Assembly (NCBI GenBank): GCA_963777505.1
Contig: CAVZQN010000004.1
Span: 352,001-416,000 of the forward strand
Direction of reading: 5' to 3'
DNA length: 64,000 nucleotides
Source of the DNA: an uncultured bacterium
GTDB lineage: Bacteria; Acidobacteriota; HRBIN11; JAKEFK01
The translations under genes were made by a program, and so were the position numbers. The notes under the pieces are model-generated. The model was not told where the DNA came from and did no database searches. It saw only the letters and a list, made by a program, of their open reading frames with translations. Shown one piece after another: positions 44,925-54,909 of this stretch (the first letter of the stretch is position 1; every line of letters begins with the position of its first letter).

Positions 44925-46259
44925 ATGTTTTGGGTCGAATTGATTCTATTCCTCGCATGCATCGTAGTTGGTGCGCGCATCGGAGGAATTGGACTTGGAA
45001 CAATTGCTGGTTTTGGTTTGATGGTGTTTGTGTTTGTGTTTCAGCTTCCGCCAGGTTCGCCTCCAGGTACAGTGCTTGGGATGATCATTGCAGTCATCAC
45101 TGCTCTTTCCGTAATGCAAGCAGCTGGTGGTCTTGATTATTTAGTACAAACGGCGGAAGGAATTTTGAAAAGTCGCCCGCGCCAGATTACAGTACTCGGT
45201 CCACTTGTTACATACATCCTGGTTTTTGCAGCGGGCACTCAGCATGTGGTTTATGCGCTGCTGCCGGTGATTGCCGAAGTATCGCGTCGCGCAGGAATTC
45301 GGCCGGAGCGTCCGATGTCCATCAGTGTGATCGCTTCACTTCAAGGTGTGATCGCATCGCCAGTATCAGCAGTAACAGTCGCTCTGGTAGGAGTGCTGGC
45401 GGTAAAGAATGTAGGTCTCCCGCAGATTCTGATGGTGATTATTCCATCCACATTACTGGGTGTAATGGCAGGAATCCTTTCTGTTTGGTGGACAGGAAAA
45501 GAGCTTGATAAGGATCCGGAATACTTGAAACGGCTTGCGGAAGGAAAAGTAAAGTCTGTTGAGCAAGCGCCTCCATTGGAAGGTCAGGCTCGCACGCGAG
45601 CGATTGGCTCCTGCATCGTATTTGTTCTCGCAATTCTTTCGGTTGTGGCCATTGGGTTATTTCCTGATTTACGGCCAACTTATCAGAAGGTTGTTGAAGA
45701 CGTCACAGAGACGGGCCAGGTTGAGATGGGCAGGGCAATCATGATTTTGATGCTTTGCGCAGCAGGTCTCATCATGGTTTTTTTTAAGGCGAGTCCAGAA
45801 GCCGCAGTGAAAGGAAGCATGATGAAAGGTGGTCTGGTCGCGCTCATTTCAATCCTTGGAGTTTCATGGTTGGGATCATCGTTTTTTGAAGCCAATCAAA
45901 ACATAATTGTGAATGCTATTTCTTCTACGATTCAATCACATCCATGGATTTTTTCTGTAGGCTTGTTCACTTTATCTATACTTTTATTCAGTCCAGCGGC
46001 CACCATTGCAATCCTTGCACCGGTTGGGATCGCTCTTGGTCTTGGTGCGCAGGAAATGATCGGTGCATATCCGTCAGTGAACGGACTTTTCTTTTTACCT
46101 ACATACGGCACAATTCTGGCTGCTGTTTCATTCGATCAATCGGGGACAACACGCATCGGAAAGTATTTGCTGAACCACAGTTTCATGATCCCGGGTATGG
46201 TGACAACTATTGTTGCAACTATCACGGCGTTGCTTTTGAGTTCAATCGTTTTCAAGTAA
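44925..46259 (+). CDS. Anaerobic C4-dicarboxylate transporter (DcuA/DcuB family)
   Basis: GARIGGIGLG, GIRPERPMS, ELDKDPEY, FFLPTYGT, GTTRIGKYLLNHSFMIPG. Confidence 0.93.
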   Translation: MFWVELILFLACIVVGARIGGIGLGTIAGFGLMVFVFVFQLPPGSPPGTVLGMIIAVITALSVMQAAGGLDYLVQTAEGILKSRPRQITVLGPLVTYILVFAAGTQHVVYALLPVIAEVSRRAGIRPERPMSISVIASLQGVIASPVSAVTVALVGVLAVKNVGLPQILMVIIPSTLLGVMAGILSVWWTGKELDKDPEYLKRLAEGKVKSVEQAPPLEGQARTRAIGSCIVFVLAILSVVAIGLFPDLRPTYQKVVEDVTETGQVEMGRAIMILMLCAAGLIMVFFKASPEAAVKGSMMKGGLVALISILGVSWLGSSFFEANQNIIVNAISSTIQSHPWIFSVGLFTLSILLFSPAATIAILAPVGIALGLGAQEMIGAYPSVNGLFFLPTYGTILAAVSFDQSGTTRIGKYLLNHSFMIPGMVTTIVATITALLLSSIVFK

Positions 46260-46415
46260 ATAGGAAGTCAATATGAAAAATTACTATAATATTAATACTA
46301 ATATGATCAGTCCCAATTGCTGTTCTGCCCAGGACAAGTCTCGGGTGTAGAAAGATCTACTTGGGTAAAAACAGATTCCTGCCGAAGCATATTACGGCGT
46401 GCAAACAGCGCGCGC

Positions 46416-46532
46416 TTTTCATTGGCAATAGCTGCAAATGTTGCAAAATCCTATGAATTAGGACTGGCCAGGAGTAAGCGCCCAAAGGATTTAAAAATAC
46501 ATTCAGGATCATATTTACGATCCAATAATTAG
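46416..46532 (+). pseudogene. Degenerate remnant of a malic enzyme C-terminus
   Basis: Reads FSLAIAANVAKSYELGLARSKRPKDLK/IQDHIYDP, versus ISLEIAVSVSEKAYELGLARIERPKDLKKSIQDYMYDP of the gene at 48785-50392. Confidence 0.75.
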
Positions 46533-46567
46533 GAAAAATGCAGGAATTATTAAGAGGTGTTTCGATT

Positions 46568-47245
46568 ATGAAAAATTTACGAATATTGTTTTGGATACTG
46601 TCAGGGTTGTTTCTTGCTTCATCATCGGCATGGAGTCAGGATGCTCCGAAAGTCGAATTTAGCTTTACCCTTGGATGGACTTTTAGTGATGGTGTAAGCG
46701 GAGAGACTGTGGTTCTTGGTCCTGATGGAAACCTTTACGATCGAATTGATCCCAAGGATTCTTCCTCATGGGGATTTACCGGAGAATATTTTGTTACCGA
46801 CAATATCGGAGTTGGATTTCTCTTTAACCGTCAGAAAAGCAAACTCGAAGTAGGAGGAACTGCAACACGCGAAATCGGTGATTTAAATCTGGATAATTAT
46901 CATGGAACATTTTCTTATAACTTCGGCTCGTCTGATACGCGGGCTCGCCCATTTCTACAAATGGGTATTGGTGCCACACACTACGGAGAAGTGGGCTTCG
47001 AATTGAACGGGAATCAGGGCAATATCGACGGTTTGACAAAAGCGTCGGTCACAGTAGGTGGAGGGTTGAAGTTTTTCGCAACAAAAAACATTGGATTCAG
47101 GTTACAGGCCCGTCTGACACCAACGTACATTAGCACGGATGAAGATGGTTGGTGGTGTGACCCTTTCTGGGGTTGTTATACCGTTGGGAATGTACAGTAT
47201 TCAAACCAGATAGAAATGGGAGGTGGAATCAACATCCGATTCTGA
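46568..47245 (+). CDS. Outer membrane beta-barrel protein (OmpA-TM/OMP_b-brl like)
   Basis: Signal peptide, alternating strands, WWCDPFWGCY loop, terminal GINIRF. Confidence 0.85.
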   Translation: MKNLRILFWILSGLFLASSSAWSQDAPKVEFSFTLGWTFSDGVSGETVVLGPDGNLYDRIDPKDSSSWGFTGEYFVTDNIGVGFLFNRQKSKLEVGGTATREIGDLNLDNYHGTFSYNFGSSDTRARPFLQMGIGATHYGEVGFELNGNQGNIDGLTKASVTVGGGLKFFATKNIGFRLQARLTPTYISTDEDGWWCDPFWGCYTVGNVQYSNQIEMGGGINIRF

Positions 47246-47354
47246 ACGCTCCTGGAACACATGATGAAAAGCAGGGAAGTGGAAATCTGGTTGTGCAAGG
47301 ATCCTGTTATCAACATTCAACGCAGATACGGGATTCAACTATGGAGATTTTTAC

Positions 47355-47621
47355 ATGACAAAGACAAAAGCCAGTTTGATCATTCGTTATAACGATGGAA
47401 ATCAAGAAACTTTTGCATTTGGGCGAGACGAAGAAGATTCGTCCGTTGCAATGAGGGTTGAAGAAGCATTGAAATCAAATCTTTTATTCCTGGAATTAAA
47501 TGACCGTGTGATGATTGTTCCTTTCAGCAATATAAAAAGCATTGAAGTCGTTCCGAAGCCTAAGAGATTTCCACGAACCGCAATCCGTAATCTAGAATTG
47601 ATTCAGTCGGTGGAGGGTTGA
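47355..47621 (+). CDS. Hypothetical protein, 88 aa
   Basis: GGAG RBS; IVPFSNIKSIEVVPKP motif. Confidence 0.7.
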   Translation: MTKTKASLIIRYNDGNQETFAFGRDEEDSSVAMRVEEALKSNLLFLELNDRVMIVPFSNIKSIEVVPKPKRFPRTAIRNLELIQSVEG

Positions 47622-47689
47622 AATTTTTCGCAACAAGTAACTGTTCGATGTTTTTTAGTTGAAATTCAATTTGGAGAGCGTGCCAGTTT

Positions 47690-48736
47690 ATGTATAAAAC
47701 TGAAACTTTACTTTCCAGGAAATTGCGAGTGCGATATCCGGTGACGGATGGAAGCAGAATTGTTTTACGGACGGAAATGGATTGGGACAAGGATCTAGAG
47801 CCTGAATCCATTCGGGACAAAGGACAGACCTTCGTCTTTAATCTTGAATGCAAAAAACCGTTCTTGTATTTCAAAGTCGGATTGCGAACAGGAGATCAGT
47901 TTCAATGGTCTGTCGGACCCAATTTGCTGGTTCTCATGACGCCTCAAAGCACGAATGATGTATATCCCTTTTTCAATTCACCAGAATCTGGCTCATTTAC
48001 TGAAGTACTAGAATTTGATTCAAATATTCTAGATCGCAAACATCTTTTACGCGTCTATTTGCCGCCGGGATATCATGAGAATACTCTCCAGTCTTATCCA
48101 ATCCTTTATATGCAAGATGGGAAGAATTTGTTTTTCCCGGAAGAAGCTTTTCTTGGAAGCGAATGGGGTGTGGATGACTCGCTATCGCTGTTAAATTCAA
48201 TGACGGCTATCGATCGTGTGATCGTAGTAGGCATCTGGTCGCATGATCGTTTTCTTGACTACACCAAACCGGGATATGAAAAATACGGGCAAGCCGTTGT
48301 GGAAGAAATCATTCCGGTGGCTAAGAGCCGGCTTCGCTTGCTTGAAGGCCCAAGAGAAACCGCTGTGATGGGCTCTTCTCTTGGGGGAGTCGTATCCTTT
48401 TATATGGCGTGGCAATGGCCGGAAGTTTTTGGTGTAGGGTTTTGCTTATCAAGTACATTTTCATATCAGGATGATCTGATTGATCGAGTCCTTTCTGAAC
48501 CGCTGCCGAAATCGAAATTCTATATTGATAGCGGATGGCCTGGAGATAACTATGAGGTGACGCTCGCAATGGCGATGGCCCTTAATGAGCGCGGCTTCCT
48601 CCCAGGCAGAGATTTCTTGCACGTGGTGTTCCCGTTGGCATTACATGATGAGAAATCGTGGGGAGACCGGCTTCACCTTCCGTTGCAACTTTTCCTGGGA
48701 AAAACATCGACAGCAACCCGTAGACGCAAGTCCTGA
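47690..48736 (+). CDS. Alpha/beta hydrolase (putative esterase, Fes/IroE-like)
   Basis: VYLPPGY, YPILYMQDGKNLF, GSSLGG nucleophile, HDEKSW. Confidence 0.9.
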   Translation: MYKTETLLSRKLRVRYPVTDGSRIVLRTEMDWDKDLEPESIRDKGQTFVFNLECKKPFLYFKVGLRTGDQFQWSVGPNLLVLMTPQSTNDVYPFFNSPESGSFTEVLEFDSNILDRKHLLRVYLPPGYHENTLQSYPILYMQDGKNLFFPEEAFLGSEWGVDDSLSLLNSMTAIDRVIVVGIWSHDRFLDYTKPGYEKYGQAVVEEIIPVAKSRLRLLEGPRETAVMGSSLGGVVSFYMAWQWPEVFGVGFCLSSTFSYQDDLIDRVLSEPLPKSKFYIDSGWPGDNYEVTLAMAMALNERGFLPGRDFLHVVFPLALHDEKSWGDRLHLPLQLFLGKTSTATRRRKS

Positions 48737-48784
48737 ATTCTTGCAATACAGAAACCGCTTCGCGTTCAATGCATTAAATCTAAG

Positions 48785-50392
48785 ATGACAAAAAAAGGTT
48801 TTGAAATTCTGCGTGATAAAGAATTGTACAAGTCCATTTCTTTTTCGCGCAAAGAAAGGGATGAGCTTGGCCTGACCGGGCTATTACCTTACGCCGTTGT
48901 TAGTCAGCAACAGTTAGTGGAACGCGTAATGGAATCACTAAGACGCCAACCAGAAGATATCGACAAATATATGTCGCTGTCCTCCCTTCAAGAACGGAAT
49001 GAGCGCCTTTTTTACCGCGTAGTCATGGATTACATTGAAGAAATCTTACCGTTAATCTACACGCCTACAGTAGGGCAGGCTTGCAAGAAATTTTCTCATA
49101 TTTCCAGAGAGCCGAAAGGCTTCTTTATTACGCCTGATGATAAAAACAAGATTAGAAAAATTCTTGATAACTGGGGGTCAAGCGACATAAGAGTGATTGT
49201 TGTAACGGACGGCCAGCGCATTTTAGGTTTGGGTGACCTGGGTGCGAATGGAATGGGAATACCGATCGGAAAGCTGGCATTGTACAGTGCATGCGGCGGC
49301 ATTCCGCCGCGCCATTGTTTGCCAGTCATGTTGGATGTAGGAACCAATAACCAGGAGCTTTTGGATGATTTTCTCTACCTTGGTTATCCGCACAAACGGA
49401 TTGAAGGAAAAGAGTACTTTGATCTGGTTGAAGAGTTTGTAACTGCCGTACAAGAAAAATATCCAAACGCCTTAATTCAGTTTGAAGATTTCTTAACTCC
49501 TAACGCATATGCGCTTTTGAATAAATACAGGAACCGGGTACTTTGTTTTAACGACGACATTCAAGGCACTGCCGCAGTAGCTGTGGCAGGCGTCTATGCT
49601 TCCACAAGAATTACGAAACTGAAGTTTTCCGATTTACGAATCATGTTTTTGGGAGCTGGTTCTGCCGCAACAGGTATAGCAGATTTAATGGTTAGCGCTT
49701 TTCAGCAAGAAGGACTTACTAAGGAAGAATCGGTTAACCATTTATGGTTTGTGGATGTAAACGGACTGGTTGTGTCAGGCAGAAACGATCTTATGGAACA
49801 TAACATTCCCTATGCCCACAAGTATGAGCAACTAAATTTTGTTGATGCTATTGATGCCATCAAGCCGCAGGTTTTGATTGGCGCTACCGGTGCGCCTGGT
49901 ACATTCACAAAAGAAGTAATCGAACATATGAGCGCAATCAATGATCGAGCAGTTATTTTTGCACTTTCGAATCCAACTTCAAAAGCGGAGTGTACGGCCG
50001 AGCAAGCCTATACCTGGAGTAAAGGCAAAGCTGTTTTTTCTAGTGGAAGTCCTTTTGGCAAAATCACGTATCAGGGTAAAGATTTTCGTCCAGGTCAGGG
50101 GAATAATGCTTACGTTTTTCCGGGAATAGGTCTGGGTGCTGTAACTTGCCATGCGCGAATCATCCCTGATGAATTTTTCTTGACTGCTGCCCGTACTCTA
50201 GCTCAATTGGTTGAAGAAAAAGATATACAACAAGGCTCACTTTATCCGCCTTTGACAGACCTCAGAAAAATATCACTCGAAATTGCAGTGAGCGTTTCGG
50301 AAAAAGCTTACGAATTAGGATTAGCAAGAATTGAACGGCCAAAAGATTTGAAGAAAAGCATTCAGGATTATATGTATGACCCGCGTTATTGA
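48785..50392 (+). CDS. maeA: NAD-dependent malic enzyme (MaeA/SfcA; malolactic-enzyme family)
   Basis: PLIYTPTVGQAC, VVTDGQRILGLGDLG, FNDDIQGTA, GAGSAATG, FALSNPTS, GQGNNAYVFPG. Confidence 0.96.
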   Translation: MTKKGFEILRDKELYKSISFSRKERDELGLTGLLPYAVVSQQQLVERVMESLRRQPEDIDKYMSLSSLQERNERLFYRVVMDYIEEILPLIYTPTVGQACKKFSHISREPKGFFITPDDKNKIRKILDNWGSSDIRVIVVTDGQRILGLGDLGANGMGIPIGKLALYSACGGIPPRHCLPVMLDVGTNNQELLDDFLYLGYPHKRIEGKEYFDLVEEFVTAVQEKYPNALIQFEDFLTPNAYALLNKYRNRVLCFNDDIQGTAAVAVAGVYASTRITKLKFSDLRIMFLGAGSAATGIADLMVSAFQQEGLTKEESVNHLWFVDVNGLVVSGRNDLMEHNIPYAHKYEQLNFVDAIDAIKPQVLIGATGAPGTFTKEVIEHMSAINDRAVIFALSNPTSKAECTAEQAYTWSKGKAVFSSGSPFGKITYQGKDFRPGQGNNAYVFPGIGLGAVTCHARIIPDEFFLTAARTLAQLVEEKDIQQGSLYPPLTDLRKISLEIAVSVSEKAYELGLARIERPKDLKKSIQDYMYDPRY

Positions 50393-50657
50393 AATCTCTA
50401 CCGGCAGATTAACCGCGAAGACGCAAAGTTAATTGAGAAATAATTCATTCTTGGCGACTTGGCGGTATGAGTTACTTTGTATTCAGATCTTGCAACGATT
50501 AAGATCATGAGCAGGATCACGATTACGATGAAAAAAATATTGACGAACAAAGACAACCGTCACTGCTTGAAAACGAATCAATTTTCGCGTTAGACCAAAG
50601 TCCAATAGTCCCTTCGTACGAATTAGTAGGATAATTTGTTCACGACGGAGGTGCAAA

Positions 50658-50975
50658 ATGGCAAATGCATTGAAAAAAGCAGCGGTGAAAAGAGCAGTGA
50701 AGAAAAGGGTTGTAAAGAAAGCCATTAAGCGAGCAGCTGTAAAAAAAGCGCTCAGGAGAAAAGCGTTAAAGCGAGCAGCTTTAAAGAAAGCTCTGAGGAG
50801 AAGAGCAATAAAGAAAGCAGCTTTAAAGAAAGCTCTAAGAAGAAGAGCCGTTCAGCGAGCAGCTTTAAAGAAAGCCCTCAAGAGAAGAGCTGTACAGAAC
50901 ATCATCAGGAAAGCTGCTCTAAAAAAAGGAATTAAGAGAAATGCTCTTCAGAAAGCAATTTTGAAAGGTGTGTAG
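50658..50975 (+). CDS. Very basic Lys/Arg/Ala-rich repeat protein (histone H1-like)
   Basis: GGAGG RBS; 44/105 residues K or R, no D/E; four 42-bp repeats at 50727-50894; own terminator. Confidence 0.8.
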   Translation: MANALKKAAVKRAVKKRVVKKAIKRAAVKKALRRKALKRAALKKALRRRAIKKAALKKALRRRAVQRAALKKALKRRAVQNIIRKAALKKGIKRNALQKAILKGV

Positions 50976-51002
50976 TATCTTTCAAACCCAACTCTGAAAT
51001 GT

Positions 51003-51032
51003 ATGCCTGTCAAACTGACGGGCATTTTTTTT
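51003..51032 (+). terminator. Intrinsic terminator
   Basis: ATGCCTGTCA-AAC-TGACGGGCAT followed by T8. Confidence 0.85.
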
Positions 51033-51204
51033 AAATTTACATGTGAATTTGATCGATAAACGGCTACCAATATGACTCTGTTCATTTTCTTTAACGAATT
51101 AGGATTAGCAAGAAGTGAACGGCCAAAAGATTTGAAGAAAAGCATTCAGGATTATATGTATGACCCGCGTTATTGAAATGTTCTTCATTGTATTAGGGGG
51201 AAAA

Positions 51205-52659
51205 ATGACACTGCGTACTTTGCATCTTTCATTTGCATTGGTTCTTTCGTTAATTCTCACAGTCCAAGAAACTGCTGGTGCTGATGAGGCGCAACCAAAA
51301 GAGACTGCGCGTCCTGCCATTAGTCAAAAATGGACAGGTGATCTCGATGGAATGGTAAATCGCCGGGTAATTCGCGTTCTTACACTCTATAACAAGACAA
51401 TGTATTTTCTGGACAAAGACACTCAGAAAGGAATTGTTTATGACGCGATGAAGGCATTTGAAGAAGATGTGAACAAGACACGCAAAACAGGCAACATGCG
51501 CGTTCATGTCGTATTCATTCCTGTAAGCTACGAGGAACTCTTGACCGCTTTAGCCGAAGGACGTGGGGATATCGCTTGCGCGAACATGACAGTCACCGAC
51601 GTCCAAAAGAAACTTATCGATTTCACCAATCCAATTCTGAAAGGCGTTAAAGAAATACTTATTTCTGGACCTACATCACCTGCAATTACATCGCTTCAGG
51701 ACCTTTCAGGCAAAGACATTTTCATCCACAAAACGAGCAGCTATTACGATAGCCTCATGAAACTAAATGAACAGTTCAAGCTAGAAGGTAAAACGGAAGT
51801 CACAATTAAACACGCGCCGGAAGAACTCACTGACGAAGACTTGCTCGAAATGCTCAATGCTGGATTGATTGAGTTCACGATACTTGATGATCATCTTGCA
51901 AACTTCTGGAAGCAAGTACTTCCAAAAATTACGCTTCATCCCGACATCGCACTTCGTAGCGGAGGAGAAATTGCATGGGCAATCCGGAAGGACAGTCCTC
52001 TGTTAATGAAAGAACTAAATCAGTTTATTCAGTCTCATGGCAAGGGAACAACGTTTGGAAACGTAACCTTCCAGAAATATTTGAAAACAACGAAATTTGT
52101 AAAGAATGCTGCTTCAGACACAGAACGCGAGAAATTTTTTGAGCTTGTAAAATTATTTGAGAAGTATTCTGGACAATATAATGTGGATACACTTCTCATG
52201 GTAGCCCAGGGTTATCAAGAATCGCAGTTGAACCAAAATGTGAAAAGTCCTGTCGGAGCGATCGGAGTCATGCAAATCATGCCAGCCACCGGAAAAGATC
52301 TGAAAGTTGGCGACATCAGCCAGGTTGAAGCAAATATCCATGGTGGCGTCAAATATATGAGATTCATGATTGATCGATATTACAAAGACGAACCGATGAC
52401 TGACCTGGACAAAGGTCTATTTACATTTGCCTCTTATAATGCCGGTCCGGCCAGAATCCGAACTCTCCGCAAAGAAGCCGAAAAAAGAGGATTAAATCCC
52501 AACGTTTGGTTTAATAATGTCGAACGTGTTGTTTCAGAAAAAGTTGGACGCGAAACAGTTACGTATGTAAGCAATATTTATAAGTATTACATTTCTTATA
52601 AACTCATAGTCGAAGAGCAGCAAGAAAGGGACAAAATCAAAAAAGGGTCAAAGAATTAA
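51205..52659 (+). CDS. mltF: MltF-like lytic transglycosylase (SBP domain + SLT domain)
   Basis: WTGDLDGM..RVIRVL, AQGYQESQL, GAIGVMQIMP, ASYNAGP, GRETVTYV. Confidence 0.9.
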   Translation: MTLRTLHLSFALVLSLILTVQETAGADEAQPKETARPAISQKWTGDLDGMVNRRVIRVLTLYNKTMYFLDKDTQKGIVYDAMKAFEEDVNKTRKTGNMRVHVVFIPVSYEELLTALAEGRGDIACANMTVTDVQKKLIDFTNPILKGVKEILISGPTSPAITSLQDLSGKDIFIHKTSSYYDSLMKLNEQFKLEGKTEVTIKHAPEELTDEDLLEMLNAGLIEFTILDDHLANFWKQVLPKITLHPDIALRSGGEIAWAIRKDSPLLMKELNQFIQSHGKGTTFGNVTFQKYLKTTKFVKNAASDTEREKFFELVKLFEKYSGQYNVDTLLMVAQGYQESQLNQNVKSPVGAIGVMQIMPATGKDLKVGDISQVEANIHGGVKYMRFMIDRYYKDEPMTDLDKGLFTFASYNAGPARIRTLRKEAEKRGLNPNVWFNNVERVVSEKVGRETVTYVSNIYKYYISYKLIVEEQQERDKIKKGSKN

Positions 52660-52684
52660 CGTCCTCAACTTTGTGTTTTTGCGG

Positions 52685-54766
52685 TTATTGAAAGTCCCGG
52701 GCAAAGGATTCATTCCATGTGCGTTCACGAATCTTTTTGCCATTTTCAAAAATACGGCGAGTGACTTTCACGCGAAAATTCTTTTCATCTGATTTCACTT
52801 CCAGTGATGTACGCAATTCAAGCCGCCTTCCATTTTTGAACTGAATATCATTTCCACCTTCACCTTCAAAACGTGAATCAGCTGGATTCATTTTATTCGT
52901 TTGATATGAAAATGTTTGGAAGTATTTGAGTGTGCCTTGCGGAAGCGAACTCGAATACTCTCCGGTCCAGGTAATTCTTTTGATCCCTGTATGCAAATCT
53001 TCTTTTACAACTAAAGATTCCGGCCATTTATATGTCAAATCCTTTGCATCGGGACGTTGTTCTTGCGGTTCGGGCTTCGCAAAATTCGGAACCTTTGTTT
53101 TTGCTTCCGGTATGATAGGCAAAATGACTGCTGAGTTTGATCCTGGATAAAGACGTGTGGTCATCATGGAAGGAGTAGGCCAGAGCATCGGCCAAAGTGC
53201 ATTCGAAATCGCGAGACGGATCCTATGGCCCGGATGAAATGTCCAGGTTGTGAAATGCATTTCAAATTCAATGTCATACACTTTTCCGGGTTCAAGCGGC
53301 TCAGGATTCAAACGCGAGTTCCGTTGCGATCCATTCAAGGCTCCGCCAGCCACCATTGAAACAGTTCCGTCCGGATGCACATCTTCCAGTTTTGCCATCC
53401 AATGCGCGAGTGGTGCATCTGCTGAAACGCGAAGTTGTACTTTTGGTAATCCGATGATTTCTATTTTTTTATCAAGCCGTTCAGTATCAAATGTAAGACT
53501 GCAAGCATCAGAACCGCGCATATCAGCAGTCAATTCACCCCACCATAATCCTGCTTCCATCCCGCATGCCGGATCATATTTCAGTTGTTCAAATTCAGTG
53601 GAGTTCGATGATTGTTCATCAAGCTTTTTTGATAGTGAAGGATAAAAGGAAGTCCACTGAGTGCGTGTGATCGGCCAATCTTCATAACGCCAGTGACCGG
53701 GTGTCATTTCTAAAGTTTTATCGGGCGGATGCGCGTCGCGGACAAATACTGCGAGTCGTGGTTCATTCAAGATTCCTGTATCTTTGCCTTTTAACCAATG
53801 ATCCCACCATCGAATTGCATTTTGCCGCCATTCATAATTTGGTCCTGGCGTTCCATGATCAGGCCAGCTGTGGTTCCACGGTCCCATTTCTGCTTTTACA
53901 GGAACTTTTAAATATTCCAGCATGCGTGGAACGAAGTCACGATAACCATCCAGAAGTCCACCGATTAAATAAACAGGGATTTTGATTCTGTCTTGATTGA
54001 ATCGCAGCGAATTTTTTCGCCAGAATTCTCCATCACGTTGTTGTTTGAAGTACGTGAAATGCCAAGGTGTGCTGTTGAATCGATTCTCAAAATATTCTTC
54101 GTCTACCTTGTAATCGGGCGGTTGAGGAAGATACACATCGTTTTCCATGTAAACCATGTATTCTTCTCCATGAAAAATTCCATCGATATAGTGAATATCA
54201 TCATGATAAAGATCATCGGTGGCATGGGCCGCGATGATTGTTTTCAAAGCAGGAGGCTGCCGCATTGCAATTTGTATTGAATTAAACCCTCCCCAAGACA
54301 GACCCCACATTCCAACGTTGCCATTACTGAAAGGCTTGCGTGAGAGTTGATCGATAATTTCGACACCATCATTTAGTTCTTCTTCCGAATATTCCCGCCA
54401 TGGCCATTTTCCGTTAGAAGCGCCTGTTCCACGAATATCTACTTTTGCAACGACATAGCCTCTTCTTGCGAAATAAGCGATCACAGGATAATCGCGTGCA
54501 TAAATCAAATCATCTTTACGATAAGGCAAATATTCCAGCACAACTGGAAATTTTTCGTTTGGATTGATTGGTTTAGGAATGTAATACGTTACTGAAAGCC
54601 GGATTCCATCCTTCATAGTCAACCAATCTTCTTGAACTCCAAATTCGTAAATAGGTTGAGAAGTACCAGCAAACAGTGTTGATGAAAAAAGAAATACGAG
54701 CAGGAATATTAGCACGCGACCTAGTGTTCCAGACTTTTTGCAAAGTTGCAATCCGCCAGGATGCAC
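52685..54766 (-). CDS. CocE/NonD family hydrolase (exported)
   Basis: MKDGIRLS, EYLPYRKDD, DIRGTGAS, GLSWGG, GPWNH, C-terminal PepX-like domain. Confidence 0.93.
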   Translation of the reverse strand: MHPGGLQLCKKSGTLGRVLIFLLVFLFSSTLFAGTSQPIYEFGVQEDWLTMKDGIRLSVTYYIPKPINPNEKFPVVLEYLPYRKDDLIYARDYPVIAYFARRGYVVAKVDIRGTGASNGKWPWREYSEEELNDGVEIIDQLSRKPFSNGNVGMWGLSWGGFNSIQIAMRQPPALKTIIAAHATDDLYHDDIHYIDGIFHGEEYMVYMENDVYLPQPPDYKVDEEYFENRFNSTPWHFTYFKQQRDGEFWRKNSLRFNQDRIKIPVYLIGGLLDGYRDFVPRMLEYLKVPVKAEMGPWNHSWPDHGTPGPNYEWRQNAIRWWDHWLKGKDTGILNEPRLAVFVRDAHPPDKTLEMTPGHWRYEDWPITRTQWTSFYPSLSKKLDEQSSNSTEFEQLKYDPACGMEAGLWWGELTADMRGSDACSLTFDTERLDKKIEIIGLPKVQLRVSADAPLAHWMAKLEDVHPDGTVSMVAGGALNGSQRNSRLNPEPLEPGKVYDIEFEMHFTTWTFHPGHRIRLAISNALWPMLWPTPSMMTTRLYPGSNSAVILPIIPEAKTKVPNFAKPEPQEQRPDAKDLTYKWPESLVVKEDLHTGIKRITWTGEYSSSLPQGTLKYFQTFSYQTNKMNPADSRFEGEGGNDIQFKNGRRLELRTSLEVKSDEKNFRVKVTRRIFENGKKIRERTWNESFARDFQ

Positions 54767-54909
54767 ATACCGGATCAGTCCATCTTACTAACGGCATAAA
54801 CGCCGAGGGTTTCCGGAGTTAGATTGCCACGTTATATGAACACTGAATGAACAAACAGTGACCTTTTTTATTGCCGGTGCTATATTTAGAAAATAGGAGT
54901 GTAAGCCAT

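Larger units (their letters stand above)
50310..51179 (+). repeat. 86-bp direct repeat of the malic enzyme 3' end (50310-50395 and 51094-51179) flanking a 0.7-kb cassette
   Basis: ACGAATTAGGATTAGCAAGAA(T/G)TGAACGG...CCGCGTTATTGAAAT, one mismatch. Confidence 0.95.

Noticed and set aside
50727-50894. 42-bp tandem repeats as a CRISPR array
   Set aside because: No unique spacers; in-frame coding repeats; no cas genes.
51160-51204. Longer N-terminus for MltF
   Set aside because: That ATG lies in the duplicated malic enzyme tail; ATG 51205 has an RBS and begins a signal peptide.
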